DNA from: Bigelowiella natans CCMP2755
Lineage: Eukaryota; Protista; Cercozoa
Direction of reading: 5' to 3'
Assembly (NCBI GenBank): GCA_000320545.1
Contig: ADNK01000614.1
Span: 187,576 to 251,575 of the forward strand
DNA length: 64,000 nt
Shown here: one piece after another, positions 12,005 to 33,246 of the stretch
How positions within the stretch are numbered: the stretch's first letter is position 1
Layout: each line of letters begins with the position of its first letter
Notes under the pieces: model-generated
The model's database searches: none
Seen by the model: only the letters and a program-made list of their open reading frames with translations
Told to the model about the DNA's origin: nothing
Made by a program: the position numbers and the translations under genes

Positions 12005-13150
12005 TGTGGGATGGGCCTCGCCTGGTTTGTGTGTCGGGGTTTTCCTGCTTCGATCTCTCACAGTCTCCGTGAATTTTCCACGGGAAAAACACCTTGAAAT
12101 CACAGGGATCCGTTTGATCAGGGTGACGAGATCAAAGTCACTGTCTCCATTCCAAAGTGGGATCCATTTCGAAAAAGAGTTCAAGGAACACTGACGACTG
12201 ACAACTGACACATCAGTGGTTTCACCACTAGTTAGACCTCACTAAATTTAGTTCGAGGTAGATCTACTGCATTTCGCACACTGCAAATGTCTTGTCACAT
12301 TTTGGAAATGTAGTTCATCATCATTGTTCATTGTTCATTGTTCAGTGCAGCTGCTCCAGAATCCACAGTCACTGACAATTGGTTTCTGACTCATTGATGC
12401 CAGATGCCTCTCCTCAAAGGGAATGCTGGATGACACTGTTCATTGCAACTTGCATTGCACTTTCTTGCACAATGTCAGCTGGCTGTTGTGGCACCCACGG
12501 AGCTCCCTGAGATTCAATGAACGTGTGCAATTGCAGGCTTCAATGAAAACTGCGTGCATCACACGTGAACAAGTGATCGACCGCTCAGCACAGACAAAAC
12601 TTGTGCACATCATGGCATGCCAAGTTGATCATCAACTCTCTGCTGGAATGAAAATGTGAACGTGGTGTTGTCATCATTTCTGCGACGATCATGCGATGAT
12701 GGTGTTGATGAGGCAACGTTTTGAATGAAGTGACGACGAAGAGCTCGAGAGATCATGAACAGTCATGAACAGTCCCTCTTTCTGTTGCTAGATCCTCTCT
12801 TGCTAGCTTGCACAACTGGGGCTAAGATCATGCGTCATGTCAATGAGCCAATGTGTGCGTTGTGAACACAGCATGTCTTGATGCACACGTGCTAGCGTGT
12901 GCAAAAGCATGTGCCATGGACATCTCATGCGTGGAAGCATGTGTGCCGCGTGCAAGCACATTGATGGTACATGCTGCTCAATGAAATCAGTACCATGCAT
13001 TCATAGACTTGTGTGTGGCACATCGATTCCAGAGCAACGTAGGCAACGGAGGAATCAGGTTGACATCACCATGGCAACTGGCATCATGTACAATTATCCA
13101 TGCGTGATTCAATGCCAATGCAATGTGCATAAAGCGAAATATAAATGCGC
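12005..13150. other. TpA-depleted, TG/CA-rich degenerate tract; possible decayed gene or repeat
   Basis: No TA dinucleotide in 12313-12788 or in 11651-12228 (manual count). No convincing intact ORF. Confidence 0.8.
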
Positions 13151-13308
13151 ATGCGAATTATCTTGAGAAAAGGAGCTATCTCAGCTCACAAAGATATGTT
13201 TACCGAGCAAAGTCATGTCGCATGTGCATCGTCTACAGATTTGGAAAAGCTCTTTGCACTCAATTTATTATCGTGGAAAAACATTTCGTGATGAGTTCAA
13301 TAACAAAT

Positions 13309-14229
13309 TTATCTGCTTTGGTCAGTTACAGTTTCAGAATCATCTGGTTCTACTTCCTTACAAGCGATAAGCGCTGCCCGATGAATACATTTTGTGCGAA
13401 CGTACAAGACGTCTACAGTCGTACCAACATCTGGGATTCCATTTTCGCATTGGTCATGCTTAAAGTATACATCTTTCTCTTCTGTAGGAACTTTGATAAA
13501 ACCACATGTAGGTTCTAGTCCCTTAACCTTTCCCGTTGCGATATGGATTTTATTAATTTCTGTTATTACGTGAAAAGCCTTGTCACCTGTGTCCCTAACA
13601 ACAGTCACAAACACAGGATCTCCGATTTCAGGGTTTGCATAGTTGCACTTATCCAACAAGCAGGAGACATTCTTTGGTCCACGATGAAAGTCTACTTTCA
13701 CTATGCCATTTTCCATCTCATTAATTTTCCCAAAAGCTTTCTCCTGCACGAATGATTTTATTTTCGACGAGTGCTTGGTATCTTTCATTGGTCTATTACG
13801 AGATGGTTGGGATTCTTCCCGACATGAAGATCTTCTCTTCCGACGCTGTTTTGCATCAGAATCAACGACATTGTCATGTTTGATGTCATCGTAAGTTTCC
13901 CTATCTCCTTTTACTTGTCCTATACGCGTCGGATCTTTGGCCTCGGATTTCGGAATTAAAGGTTTGTTTCCAATTAGACTTTCATTGTCGTGAGTCATAT
14001 TGAACAGTGTTTTCAGCATTTTTTGTTCGTTTCCTTTATGCTGTCCAAGGATTAAGTTGATGACAGCCGGTTCGATCATGGGAAATATTGTGCCATTCTC
14101 TGGAGTCATCTCGTACAAGGTAAGTAGTATTTTTTCTACGTTTTTACGATGCTGCTGCATGACCCCTCGAATGACTGCAAGGTCAATTAGGGGAAACATG
14201 GTTCTGTACTTTTGAGCATCCATTTTCAT
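13309..14229 (-). CDS. Intronless 306-aa protein: two CUE-like repeats, a linker, and two OB/cold-shock-like domains
   Basis: Repeats MFPLIDLAVIRGVMQQH..LYEM and IFPMIEPAVINLILGQH..LFNM carry the CUE FP motif. The C-terminal GKVKGLEPTCGFIKVPTEEKDVYFKH resembles cold-shock RNP1/RNP2. Confidence 0.75.
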   Translation of the reverse strand: MKMDAQKYRTMFPLIDLAVIRGVMQQHRKNVEKILLTLYEMTPENGTIFPMIEPAVINLILGQHKGNEQKMLKTLFNMTHDNESLIGNKPLIPKSEAKDPTRIGQVKGDRETYDDIKHDNVVDSDAKQRRKRRSSCREESQPSRNRPMKDTKHSSKIKSFVQEKAFGKINEMENGIVKVDFHRGPKNVSCLLDKCNYANPEIGDPVFVTVVRDTGDKAFHVITEINKIHIATGKVKGLEPTCGFIKVPTEEKDVYFKHDQCENGIPDVGTTVDVLYVRTKCIHRAALIACKEVEPDDSETVTDQSR

Positions 14230-14692
14230 CTATTTCTTTTTGGTTTCTTCTTTGATTGTGTTCCTTCAGGGTTTGTGAGTTATGGAGCAAGGATCGCGAA
14301 CCGATTCGCCCCCTATACTTTCCCTCATCTGAGAGCACGAAAAGGTACCGACCATTTTTCCCGGATAAAATTTGCGGGCGAAAACAATATTATCCTGTCG
14401 CATGATGAAATTACCGTGAGAAAACTGTCCATTATTGCAGCTTATGTCTAATTCACCAAACTTCTTTCTTTGCCGCTTGCTTGCCGAACCATGTCCTATG
14501 CGAATACGGCCGAATCCCCGTACGGGTTCGAAGAAAATCGAGGAACAAATGTGAGCAAGGCGTTTTATTGCTGCGACAATATTATCCCATGCCGTAATAG
14601 GGAAAAGAAATTAGCATCTTCTATTTTGCAATCGCGACATCGATTCTTGCCTGTTGCAGAAGAATTCATGAAAACCTAATCGCACTCGCACA

Positions 14693-15421
14693 ATGGAGAA
14701 GACAACGAATGACTCCGATGAAAGTCAGCCAGAAACGAAGGTAGTAGTGACTGACTTCGCACCGTTGTGCTGCAAGGCACATGGAGTCGGTGTGCGTAAA
14801 GATCGACCGTGTTTAGGCTTCAAGAACTTGCTGACTCCGGACGAATGCAAAGCGATGATTGAGCACATAAAAGACCGGCATGCGAAGGAAGCAGTATCGC
14901 TCGCACCTGGAAGTCGTTCCCAGTTCAGAATGGAGGACAAGAAGCTAAGCGAGAAAATCTGGGGAAGGATAAAGAAGTACCTTCCCGAGAAGCTCGATGA
15001 TGGTGTAGTGATCGGTCTTCGTGCTGGCTGGAACCATGCAAGATACTTTCCTGGCCAATCCGTGTTCGCTCACATGGACCAAAGACAAGCGTCAAAAGAG
15101 CAAGGCGCCGACGCAACCATCGCTAGCCGCATGTCTCTCACAATCTATCTCGACGAGGGCTACGAAGGCGCTGAGTTTGTATTCTGCAAAGGAGTTCAGC
15201 TTGATGGATCGTACCAAGAGGAAGTCAAAGTCCTCAAACCAAAGGCAGGAGATGCCGTCATCTTCTACCAAGGAGTGCCAGAGTTCTTTCACGCCGTACC
15301 CCCCCTCAAGACGAAGATAAAATCGATCATGCGGTCGGACGTGCTCTATAAGTTCAAGACTGCGGAGGCCGCGGATGTTGGTGGGAAACGGGGGATTGAA
15401 GGAGGAGCAAAGATAAAATAA
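14693..15421 (+). CDS. Intronless 2OG-Fe(II) oxygenase, prolyl-4-hydroxylase-like (242 aa)
   Basis: LLTPDEC; the HxD motif AHMD; SLTIYLDEGYEGAEFVF; PKAGDAVIF; distal His in FHAV; RSD. Confidence 0.88.
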   Translation: MEKTTNDSDESQPETKVVVTDFAPLCCKAHGVGVRKDRPCLGFKNLLTPDECKAMIEHIKDRHAKEAVSLAPGSRSQFRMEDKKLSEKIWGRIKKYLPEKLDDGVVIGLRAGWNHARYFPGQSVFAHMDQRQASKEQGADATIASRMSLTIYLDEGYEGAEFVFCKGVQLDGSYQEEVKVLKPKAGDAVIFYQGVPEFFHAVPPLKTKIKSIMRSDVLYKFKTAEAADVGGKRGIEGGAKIK

Positions 15422-15789
15422 GCCTTTTAACACAGGCAGATTCAGCAGCTATATCTGGAAATGAACTTCATTCGCTATATGCCATCTCCCTAGATCGTGA
15501 ATGTTTTCATGGAACGTTTAAGATCCACATGTGTTCCGAGCTGGTTGTACGTTATGTGGATATCTAATAATGATGCGATCTTACGTAGTCGGCCGTGGGT
15601 TGCGAATGGTAGGTAAGAGCTGGACAATCTCACAGCACATCAACAAAAATATATTTCTCTGGTACTGCTTGGTTATTAGCTAATGTAGCTGTGAACCTAG
15701 CAATTCTTAAAAGTAGAATAAATGTGTAAATTAATAAGACGTCCAAAGTTTTCCATTTATGTTGCTACTACATAGGACCCCCAATCGCA

Positions 15790-15850
15790 TAGTAATAGAA
15801 TGTAAAAATGGTACATAAATTTTTATAACATTTATACATCCATACGTACA
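15790..15850 (-). repeat. Possible weak copy of the intergenic element
   Basis: The reverse strand reads ATGGATGTATAAATG...CATTTTTACATTC, resembling copy C. Confidence 0.4.
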
Positions 15851-16264
15851 AGTGCCAGCTAATATAATATGCTCTAAACGCGCGCATCTACATCGCTGGA
15901 TGTTGCCATGCCTGTAATATTTATTGATAGATTGATAGCTTGAGCGGTGAGAGCGATGACGTAGTGATAATGCACTGCTACATAGTCTGTGATAGTTTGA
16001 AATGAATTTGTCAAGCGGCACATCGCATTCGCTTACTCTAGTACTTGCTACAATGTGCCTCAGTAGCCATGTGTATATAGCTATGCGCCTGTAGAGATAT
16101 TGTATGCACGCGCACTTATAAAGTGATATCATCTAGAAATACTTTAATGCACAGCAATTTATCCTCATTGCATGATCGCTGCCTTAACTCATTTCTTCTC
16201 GTAAGCACCCGGGACACGACGACGTAAATAACAAACCCCGCCAGGATCCACAATGGCCATCATG

Positions 16265-26746
<10,482 letters not shown>

Positions 26747-27630
26747 CTAGATTGTGTGTCAATTGTCAGTTTATTCATTTGCACCTCGGATCCATTCACA
26801 CGCATCAAATACAACAAAGTATGCGGATTTGATGGACGAGGGAAAGTACAGACTCCAGACTAGTAGGAATAATTGGGGTTAATCAGAAATTTAGGCATCA
26901 TCTTAGACCTCCCACGATCCAAGAGGGGGGCAGCATAGGAGAACGTAATCTTTGCTCTGTCGTCACATAGAAAGAACTCTTAGCTGTGACCCAGCTTAAA
27001 CAACCCCCAAAACCACCCCTCGAGTTCATCTGCTCCCATAATCGTATCGGACATGTGAGCACTGGTGAAATGAAAGCACACACGAAAGGGTGCAAACTCT
27101 TCGAGCCGAAAGCGCTTACATTAGACTCGCTTCCTCCCACGGGGAATAGTCGAACCCCCGACCGCCTTCATTATGTTTTCGCCTCTTTCCTTGCACCGAA
27201 TCCATTCCTATCACTAAACACCCCCCGTACTCTCCTGGGGGACCAACGCTCACGAAATCAAAGCAGCGAGGTAAAGGGGGGCCCGAGGAAGAGCTGGCAG
27301 AAATTTTCAGCAGTCGGGATTCCTTCGGCTGTCGTAGATAGCTTCATTTTCCATCAAATGCAATGAAATATTCGAGTCGCAATGGCAGAACACTGATAAA
27401 TCTTCGTAATTTCGGTCCCAGACATAGAACTACTAAAGCTGCGACCTGAGAAGGACGTCGGCAGTCGTAGGGCACGGGTGACGTGACAAGCAGGCTCAAG
27501 CTTGTCGCTCTTTGCAAAGGACATGCAAAAAGGAATGAAATAGCACTGGCGTAGATAAAGGCATACGCTTGTCGCTGTTTCCAAAGGCCCTGTATAAATA
27601 TGGAATGATGGTAGATGTACACTCCGTTTG

Positions 27631-29640
27631 ATGGCCGCCGCGAAGGGCTTCCCCCTGGTGCTAAAAAGTCCCAAGTGCGAGTGGCTTGGGCTTGAGAAGA
27701 TTTCGGTTGTCACCAAAGGAGGGCCGTACAATAACGAACACGGAAGAGGCCATGGATTGCAACTCGGGCGTTTGACGGGCGCGCTTTTCTGGCAGCAGGA
27801 GGGGAAGAATTATAGCCATGCTCTGCGTTTGGCTGAAGATTCAGACCTGTCATTGGATATTAGTCACAGGAAACTCAATGTGGGTACCCCAGCCAATACC
27901 TGGTATTCCAAAGGACATCGAGAATGGGCTTGTAAATTTCAGCTGAATGGTGATTGCACTCTTTCTCCAGCCAAAAACAGTGCAGTGTGTCTCGGTGTGA
28001 AAAGCGGAGAGAGAACGTTGTCTCTCGTTGACCGAGAGAGTGAAAATAAACTCATATTCGAGGATTGGACGGCTAAGTGCCCCCCTCCCATCTTTGCTCA
28101 AATCCGAGCGGAGCAGGAAAAGATGAGAACAATGCTACAATCTCTTGGAGGACAGCCCGTTCCCTTGGTCATCAGGAAACCAGCATGTGACTGGCTGTGG
28201 GGACAACGCCATGCGATCGTTGTGAGAGGGAAGGGTTACAGCAACAAAGATGGCCGTGGACGTGGAGTTATGGCCGGTCCCGTCGAGGATGCGATCCTGT
28301 TCAAGGTAGACGGTGGTTCTCCAGCGTCAATGGCGTTGCGCCCCTCTCACGACCTTGATCTCAGTCTCGAAATTAATTACCGAAAAATGGAGGTGGGTAC
28401 CTCCATGAGCATGTGGTACTGTAAGGGCCACCCTGAGTGGGGCTGTAGATATTGCCTGAATTCGGACTGGACGATATCCCCTGAGTCTCACGCAAACCTG
28501 GTGATTGGGGTGCAGTCTGGCAAACAATCTCTCCATCTTGTGAGTAGGGATGATAAGAAGCATAGAATCGTTTTTCAACCTTGGAAACAGGCGGTCGATG
28601 AAAATCTCGAGCGAATTAAGGAGAGCAAGGCAAGAAAGGAAGCCGCCAAAGAGAGAATCAAAACGGTCGCGGCGAAAGCAATTGACAGCAAAGCAATTGA
28701 AAAACTGAAGAAAGATGGATTCATTCACCTTCCGGGGATAGTGGAGAAGGAAACCGTAAATAACGCCCTTAGAGAAATCAATCGCCTCATGGGAGCTTCC
28801 TCTGAAGGCGGAGCGGACAAGTTTAAAGCTAAATTTAGTCCTAACAGCCCACCGATCACGAATCTGTTCAACAATAGTGCCATCCCTCTCATCGTTCAGC
28901 GTCTCATTGGAATGCAGAAAGCGCCGAGTCAGGGAGCGGGGCAGATAGCACTTCGCTTTCCAGGGGATTTCTGTGCGAACGGTCAAACTCACATAACCCC
29001 AGATCAATATGAGGGTGTGAGGAAGGGTTGGCACATCGATGGTGCTCCGAGCAATTTCCTTCCGAAAGTCACTGACCACTGGGGGGAGGTTCACAACTTT
29101 GACGCGTTGTGTGGCGTCCTTCTCTCTACCGTCGACGAGAAAATGTCTGGCGAGTTATGCTGCTACCCTGGTAGTCACTACGAACTCGCAGAACATTTTG
29201 AGAAAAAGGGCTTTGATGAAATACGAAAAACAGGCAAGCTGCCTAACGGCAAAGACACCGATTCGGTTTTGAAATCGAAACCAGTGCACTGCCTAGGAAA
29301 GCCTGGCGACGTCTTCATCGCTAATTACATGACAGCCCATTTTATTGCACCGAACGTATCGCCAAATATACGCTACGCTATCTATTTCCGTGTGCGTGGG
29401 CCATCCTTTACTTCCAAAAAGCACCACCCAGAACCCATGTTGAAACCGTGGATACACTGGAAGGGAATGGTGGGCAGCAATGCTGGAGATATTGATGACT
29501 CAAAAGTCGGTGATGAGGAAGATGGCGAACCAGAGGCAACACAGGCGCGCGTTGGTGTATTGCGGAGACTTGCAAGCATTGATTACGTTAAGCCAAAATC
29601 GATTTTTTTTGATGACGGCGATGATGAGAATCCAGAATGA
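27631..29640 (+). CDS. Intronless 669-aa protein: two ~140-aa tandem repeats (ricin-B/beta-trefoil-like, tentative) fused to a PhyH-type Fe(II)/2OG dioxygenase
   Basis: The repeats align (PLVLKSPKCEWL..FQLNGDCTLSP..CLGV..LIF versus PLVIRKPACDWL..YCLNSDWTISP..VIGV..IVF). PhyH motifs: KDGFIHLPGIV, WHIDG, YPGSH, GKPGDVF..TAH, RYAIYFR. Confidence 0.85.
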   Translation: MAAAKGFPLVLKSPKCEWLGLEKISVVTKGGPYNNEHGRGHGLQLGRLTGALFWQQEGKNYSHALRLAEDSDLSLDISHRKLNVGTPANTWYSKGHREWACKFQLNGDCTLSPAKNSAVCLGVKSGERTLSLVDRESENKLIFEDWTAKCPPPIFAQIRAEQEKMRTMLQSLGGQPVPLVIRKPACDWLWGQRHAIVVRGKGYSNKDGRGRGVMAGPVEDAILFKVDGGSPASMALRPSHDLDLSLEINYRKMEVGTSMSMWYCKGHPEWGCRYCLNSDWTISPESHANLVIGVQSGKQSLHLVSRDDKKHRIVFQPWKQAVDENLERIKESKARKEAAKERIKTVAAKAIDSKAIEKLKKDGFIHLPGIVEKETVNNALREINRLMGASSEGGADKFKAKFSPNSPPITNLFNNSAIPLIVQRLIGMQKAPSQGAGQIALRFPGDFCANGQTHITPDQYEGVRKGWHIDGAPSNFLPKVTDHWGEVHNFDALCGVLLSTVDEKMSGELCCYPGSHYELAEHFEKKGFDEIRKTGKLPNGKDTDSVLKSKPVHCLGKPGDVFIANYMTAHFIAPNVSPNIRYAIYFRVRGPSFTSKKHHPEPMLKPWIHWKGMVGSNAGDIDDSKVGDEEDGEPEATQARVGVLRRLASIDYVKPKSIFFDDGDDENPE

Positions 29641-29896
29641 AAAATCTTCAATCGAATCGTTGTCAGTATCAACGATGTCACGAGCACCAAGAGCCCCAAA
29701 TAATGCGATATAAAGAGTCATTAATCAGTCATTATCAATTCACAGTTTGGCGTATACAACATTGAAAATGATACTATATACGAACAGCTTTACAGCGTGC
29801 ATGCATTCAGGCAAATTATAAAAATCTCTCTTCGTTCATGCATTTGCTACGCTAGTACGATCCCAAACAAGCCACATACCATGTGCACAGCCATGT

Positions 29897-29945
29897 AAGA
29901 TGGATGTATAATGAAAATGCTACATTTTTTAACAGTCATCATAAT
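29897..29945 (+). repeat. Copy C of the intergenic element (more diverged)
   Basis: AGATGGATGTATAATGAAA followed by TTTTAACAGTCATCATAAT, in the same order and with similar spacing as copies A and B. Confidence 0.7.
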
Positions 29946-30738
29946 CATCCTTTGTTAGAACACCATCTCTAGATCTAAAGCTGTGCACAGCATTTAGCAA
30001 CGTACGGATTCGATCTAACCAACATTGCGTCTCAACTCTGCGTGCGCGTAGACGCCACATGCATGACGCATGTGCACATTTACACAGACCAGTGAGCGGT
30101 AGCTGTAGCAGTCCGCTGCGAACACATGACCGCGCCACAGCTAGACAGCGCATGCGATGAATGCGCATGTCAGCTAGTACATACCGCGCTTGCGTGAAAC
30201 ATACATGTAGCTCAGCCGGAGATGCGATGCTGTCTGTCATTGTGCATATGCATGCATGCAGCTATGCGACATAGCCAGCCACAGGTAGTCAACACAGTGC
30301 GTGCACGTGGGGTCATGCACATGCATGCCCCTGTCCTGCGGCTGCTTCAAAATGCTAGTCACATTGTGTGGCTACGACTGCGAATGCCAGTCACTTTCAT
30401 TGTGGCTCTGCATGCAATGCACATCAGAAATGACAATGATGTGTGTTCAATCATTTCGATCATGGCTTCATCCATGTGCGCTACGTTGCGTTGTCGCTGC
30501 CATAGAACATACGACGCGTTATGCATGCATGCCGTCGTATTTGGAAGCTCGTCAAATGACATATTTTTATACACTAATTTGGCAACAGTATAATGCTGTT
30601 GGCACTCATTGAACGATGTGAGAGCGAGCACGAATTTTATGCATGCTATCGCCCCTTACCCTTGTGTATAGACATTAATATTGAAGCCAGCTTCGCTTTC
30701 GACTTTCTTTTTTTCTTTGCATTCTTTGATAATGATAT

Positions 30739-30805
30739 CTAGCAAAATACAATGAAATGAGTCTGACGGTAAGATTTCTGATCGTTCATAATGTGACTAT
30801 CAATT

Positions 30806-30844
<39 letters not shown>

Positions 30845-30869
30845 ACTATATTTACATATGTAAAATATA

Positions 30870-30907
<38 letters not shown>

Positions 30908-33246
30908 ATACTCACCGGTGAGGTAAACTTCGGAAACTTTGGAAGATTCTGATGGTGGTTGTGACGGTGGTTGTTGCGATGGCGGTGCTGGTAATGGTGA
31001 TGATAACCATTGTTGTGATGGTGGTTGTGGTCAGAATGGCGATGATAACTTGGGGATGGTCCAAGAGAGGGATTCCTAATCCTAAAAAGGTGATCAACGT
31101 TAGATTTTGCTCAGGGGCATGTTGCAATAATATCATGTTTCATCGTCACAAGAAAAAATAAGAACTGTGAATGTTGGAGGAATGTTGGAGATTTATTATA
31201 TTCTCGGGGTTATTGGGTAGAATGCCTCTTAAGGACTAGCACAGCGCCGATTGGGCAGGCACATAGCCGCCTGGAAAGGGATGAAAAATCGGATACCTGT
31301 CTGAAACTTGTTTCGATTTGCCCAGAGTATTGTGAAGAATGAGAGGAAGCTAACGATGGGCGAAATGAATATTATCAGAAGCATCAGCAGGAAGAAACAA
31401 CGTAGAGTGATTGGACGAAGTTAGTAGAAAATCGGACTCTCGTCGCACAGATTTAGTCTACTATTTGCGAATTATTCTTCTAAATACCGTTCGTTTCTCT
31501 GCGCCTTCATGGTAACTCTTGGCCTTTTAAAGATGATGATTAATATTCTTCCATCATACATCCGCAACAACCCACAAAATTCCTTCAATTGAGCTACACT
31601 TCTCACCTTGTGCCGTGCCGCTCTTTTCTCAGATTTCTTCTCCTTGGAGCGGTCTTTCATTCCTGGCAACGTATTTCCGTGCCTTTCCAGCTCTGAGAAG
31701 TACAAATCGTATTTGATGCTGTTAATACTCGGCAATATATCGATAGCAAACGACCGCCGACCATCGCTCACATACACCATATACAACTGCAACAGACCTG
31801 AGTGAGACTTGGCGTCATGGCTCTTCCCTCCGTATCTCTTGTTGTATATCGAATGCATCTTGTTGAGCTTGAGTCTGTCATACTTAGACGATGGAGATAG
31901 GGTGCTTGCAGCCTTTTCGCGAGCCTCTGCTGCAATTTTCTCTCTGAATTCGTAGAAGTAAGGGTGACGAAGTGCCTGGCTTGCAGTAATTCTGCCGTCA
32001 GGATCGTACACGAGAAGTTTCCCTATCAAAGCCACGCAATCTTTGGATGCATGCGGTATTAGCCGGTGGATACCGGTACCCGAGTGGTGCGGAAAGTTGA
32101 AGTTCTTGATATGTGAGGAGTGGCGCTTGAACTTGCTCATCACCTCCTTGGCTGGTGTGCCCATAATCGTGTGCACCTTCTCTATCTGGTCTAGCTCGTT
32201 CGTACCAGGGAAAAGAGGGAAGAGAGAGATGATCTCGAACATCACGCAACCCACTCCCCAAAGGTCCATCTTGTAGTCGTAGTATCTGGAATAAGGAGTG
32301 AATCATTAGAGATAGATCATACGATTCCATACACGACGACTAACATACACACTGACGAGCGGAGGGACGGGTTGGGTTTACATGGGGTGCATCTTTACCC
32401 GTTCGTTAATAGCGATTCAGGAGCACGATACCAGCGCGTGGAGATATATTCGGTGAAAGGCGGCTTGGAATAGATTCCTCTGCAGGAACCGAAATCTGCT
32501 AATTTTAGGCGCTCTCCCATAACTAAAACATTCTCCGGCTTTATGTCTCGGTGGAAGATATTCTGCCGGTGCATGTAAGCTATAGCCTTAACCAACTGGT
32601 ACATGTAAACTTTGATGAGATCGTTGGCGAGATACTTCTTACGGCCCCGAATCAATTCATAAATGTTCATGTCACACAGTTCGAAGACAAGTGCCAGTCG
32701 CCCGCTGGAACGGTCACTGAGAAAATATACATTCGTCGTAAAAAAATATAGATATATGAAGATGCAAAAATAAGAATTTTGAGAGCCCCGATTGTTCACT
32801 CGCAAGCGGAGCAGCGTTCTCCCTCCCATATCCATGTTGAATTAAAGTACATTACAATATACATCAAGAACAGGCAAGTGGGTTAGTGGATGTAAAGAGG
32901 TGCACTTACAATAAGACATCGAGGAGTTCTATTATGTTGGGATGCGGGTTGAGCCTTCGGAGTGCTTGAATTTCCCTCAAACTGTTAACCTGCTCTAAAC
33001 TCTCGAACGTAGTTTTCATGCACTTTATGGCAACGTACTGGCCACTTCGCATAGACTGGGCCTTGATAACCTCACTGAACGTACCCTCTCCCTTCTTTGC
33101 AACCAACTTGTATTCTGATTAGTTGGTAACTTCAGTCATGGTGGATAAGATTCGATTGATTTGCATGATGTAATGCACAAGCAGATTAAAATTTCCTCCC
33201 TGAACTTTAAATATAAATGAATCATACTTCCAAACGACGATGCCAT
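30739..33246 (-). CDS. MOK: MOK/LF4-type (MAPK/MAK/MRK overlapping) Ser/Thr kinase, multi-exon
   Basis: MASSFG|KYKLVAKKGEGTFSEV, NSLREIQALRRL, HRDIKPEN, LADFGSCRG, TEY activation loop (TEYISTRWYRAPE), MDLWGVGC. Kinase-domain exons are 33246-33228, 33114-32909, 32716-32399 and 32285-31798. The tail exons and the stop at 30739 are less certain. Confidence 0.9.

Noticed and set aside
12313-12788. Ordinary 5mC deamination or RIP as the explanation for the TG/CA-rich tract
   Set aside because: 14 CpG persist while TpA is absent. CpG decay does not remove TA, and RIP would increase it.
14350-14385. E2F-like TTTCCCG/GCGGGCGAAAA motif as a shared bidirectional-promoter signal
   Set aside because: It is not consistently found in the other divergent gaps, and it is too short to support by eye.
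33115-33140. Apparent 16-nt mini-intron after an ATG at the MOK 5' end
   Set aside because: It gives the wrong frame. A normal phase-1 intron (33227-33115) from MASSFG fits.
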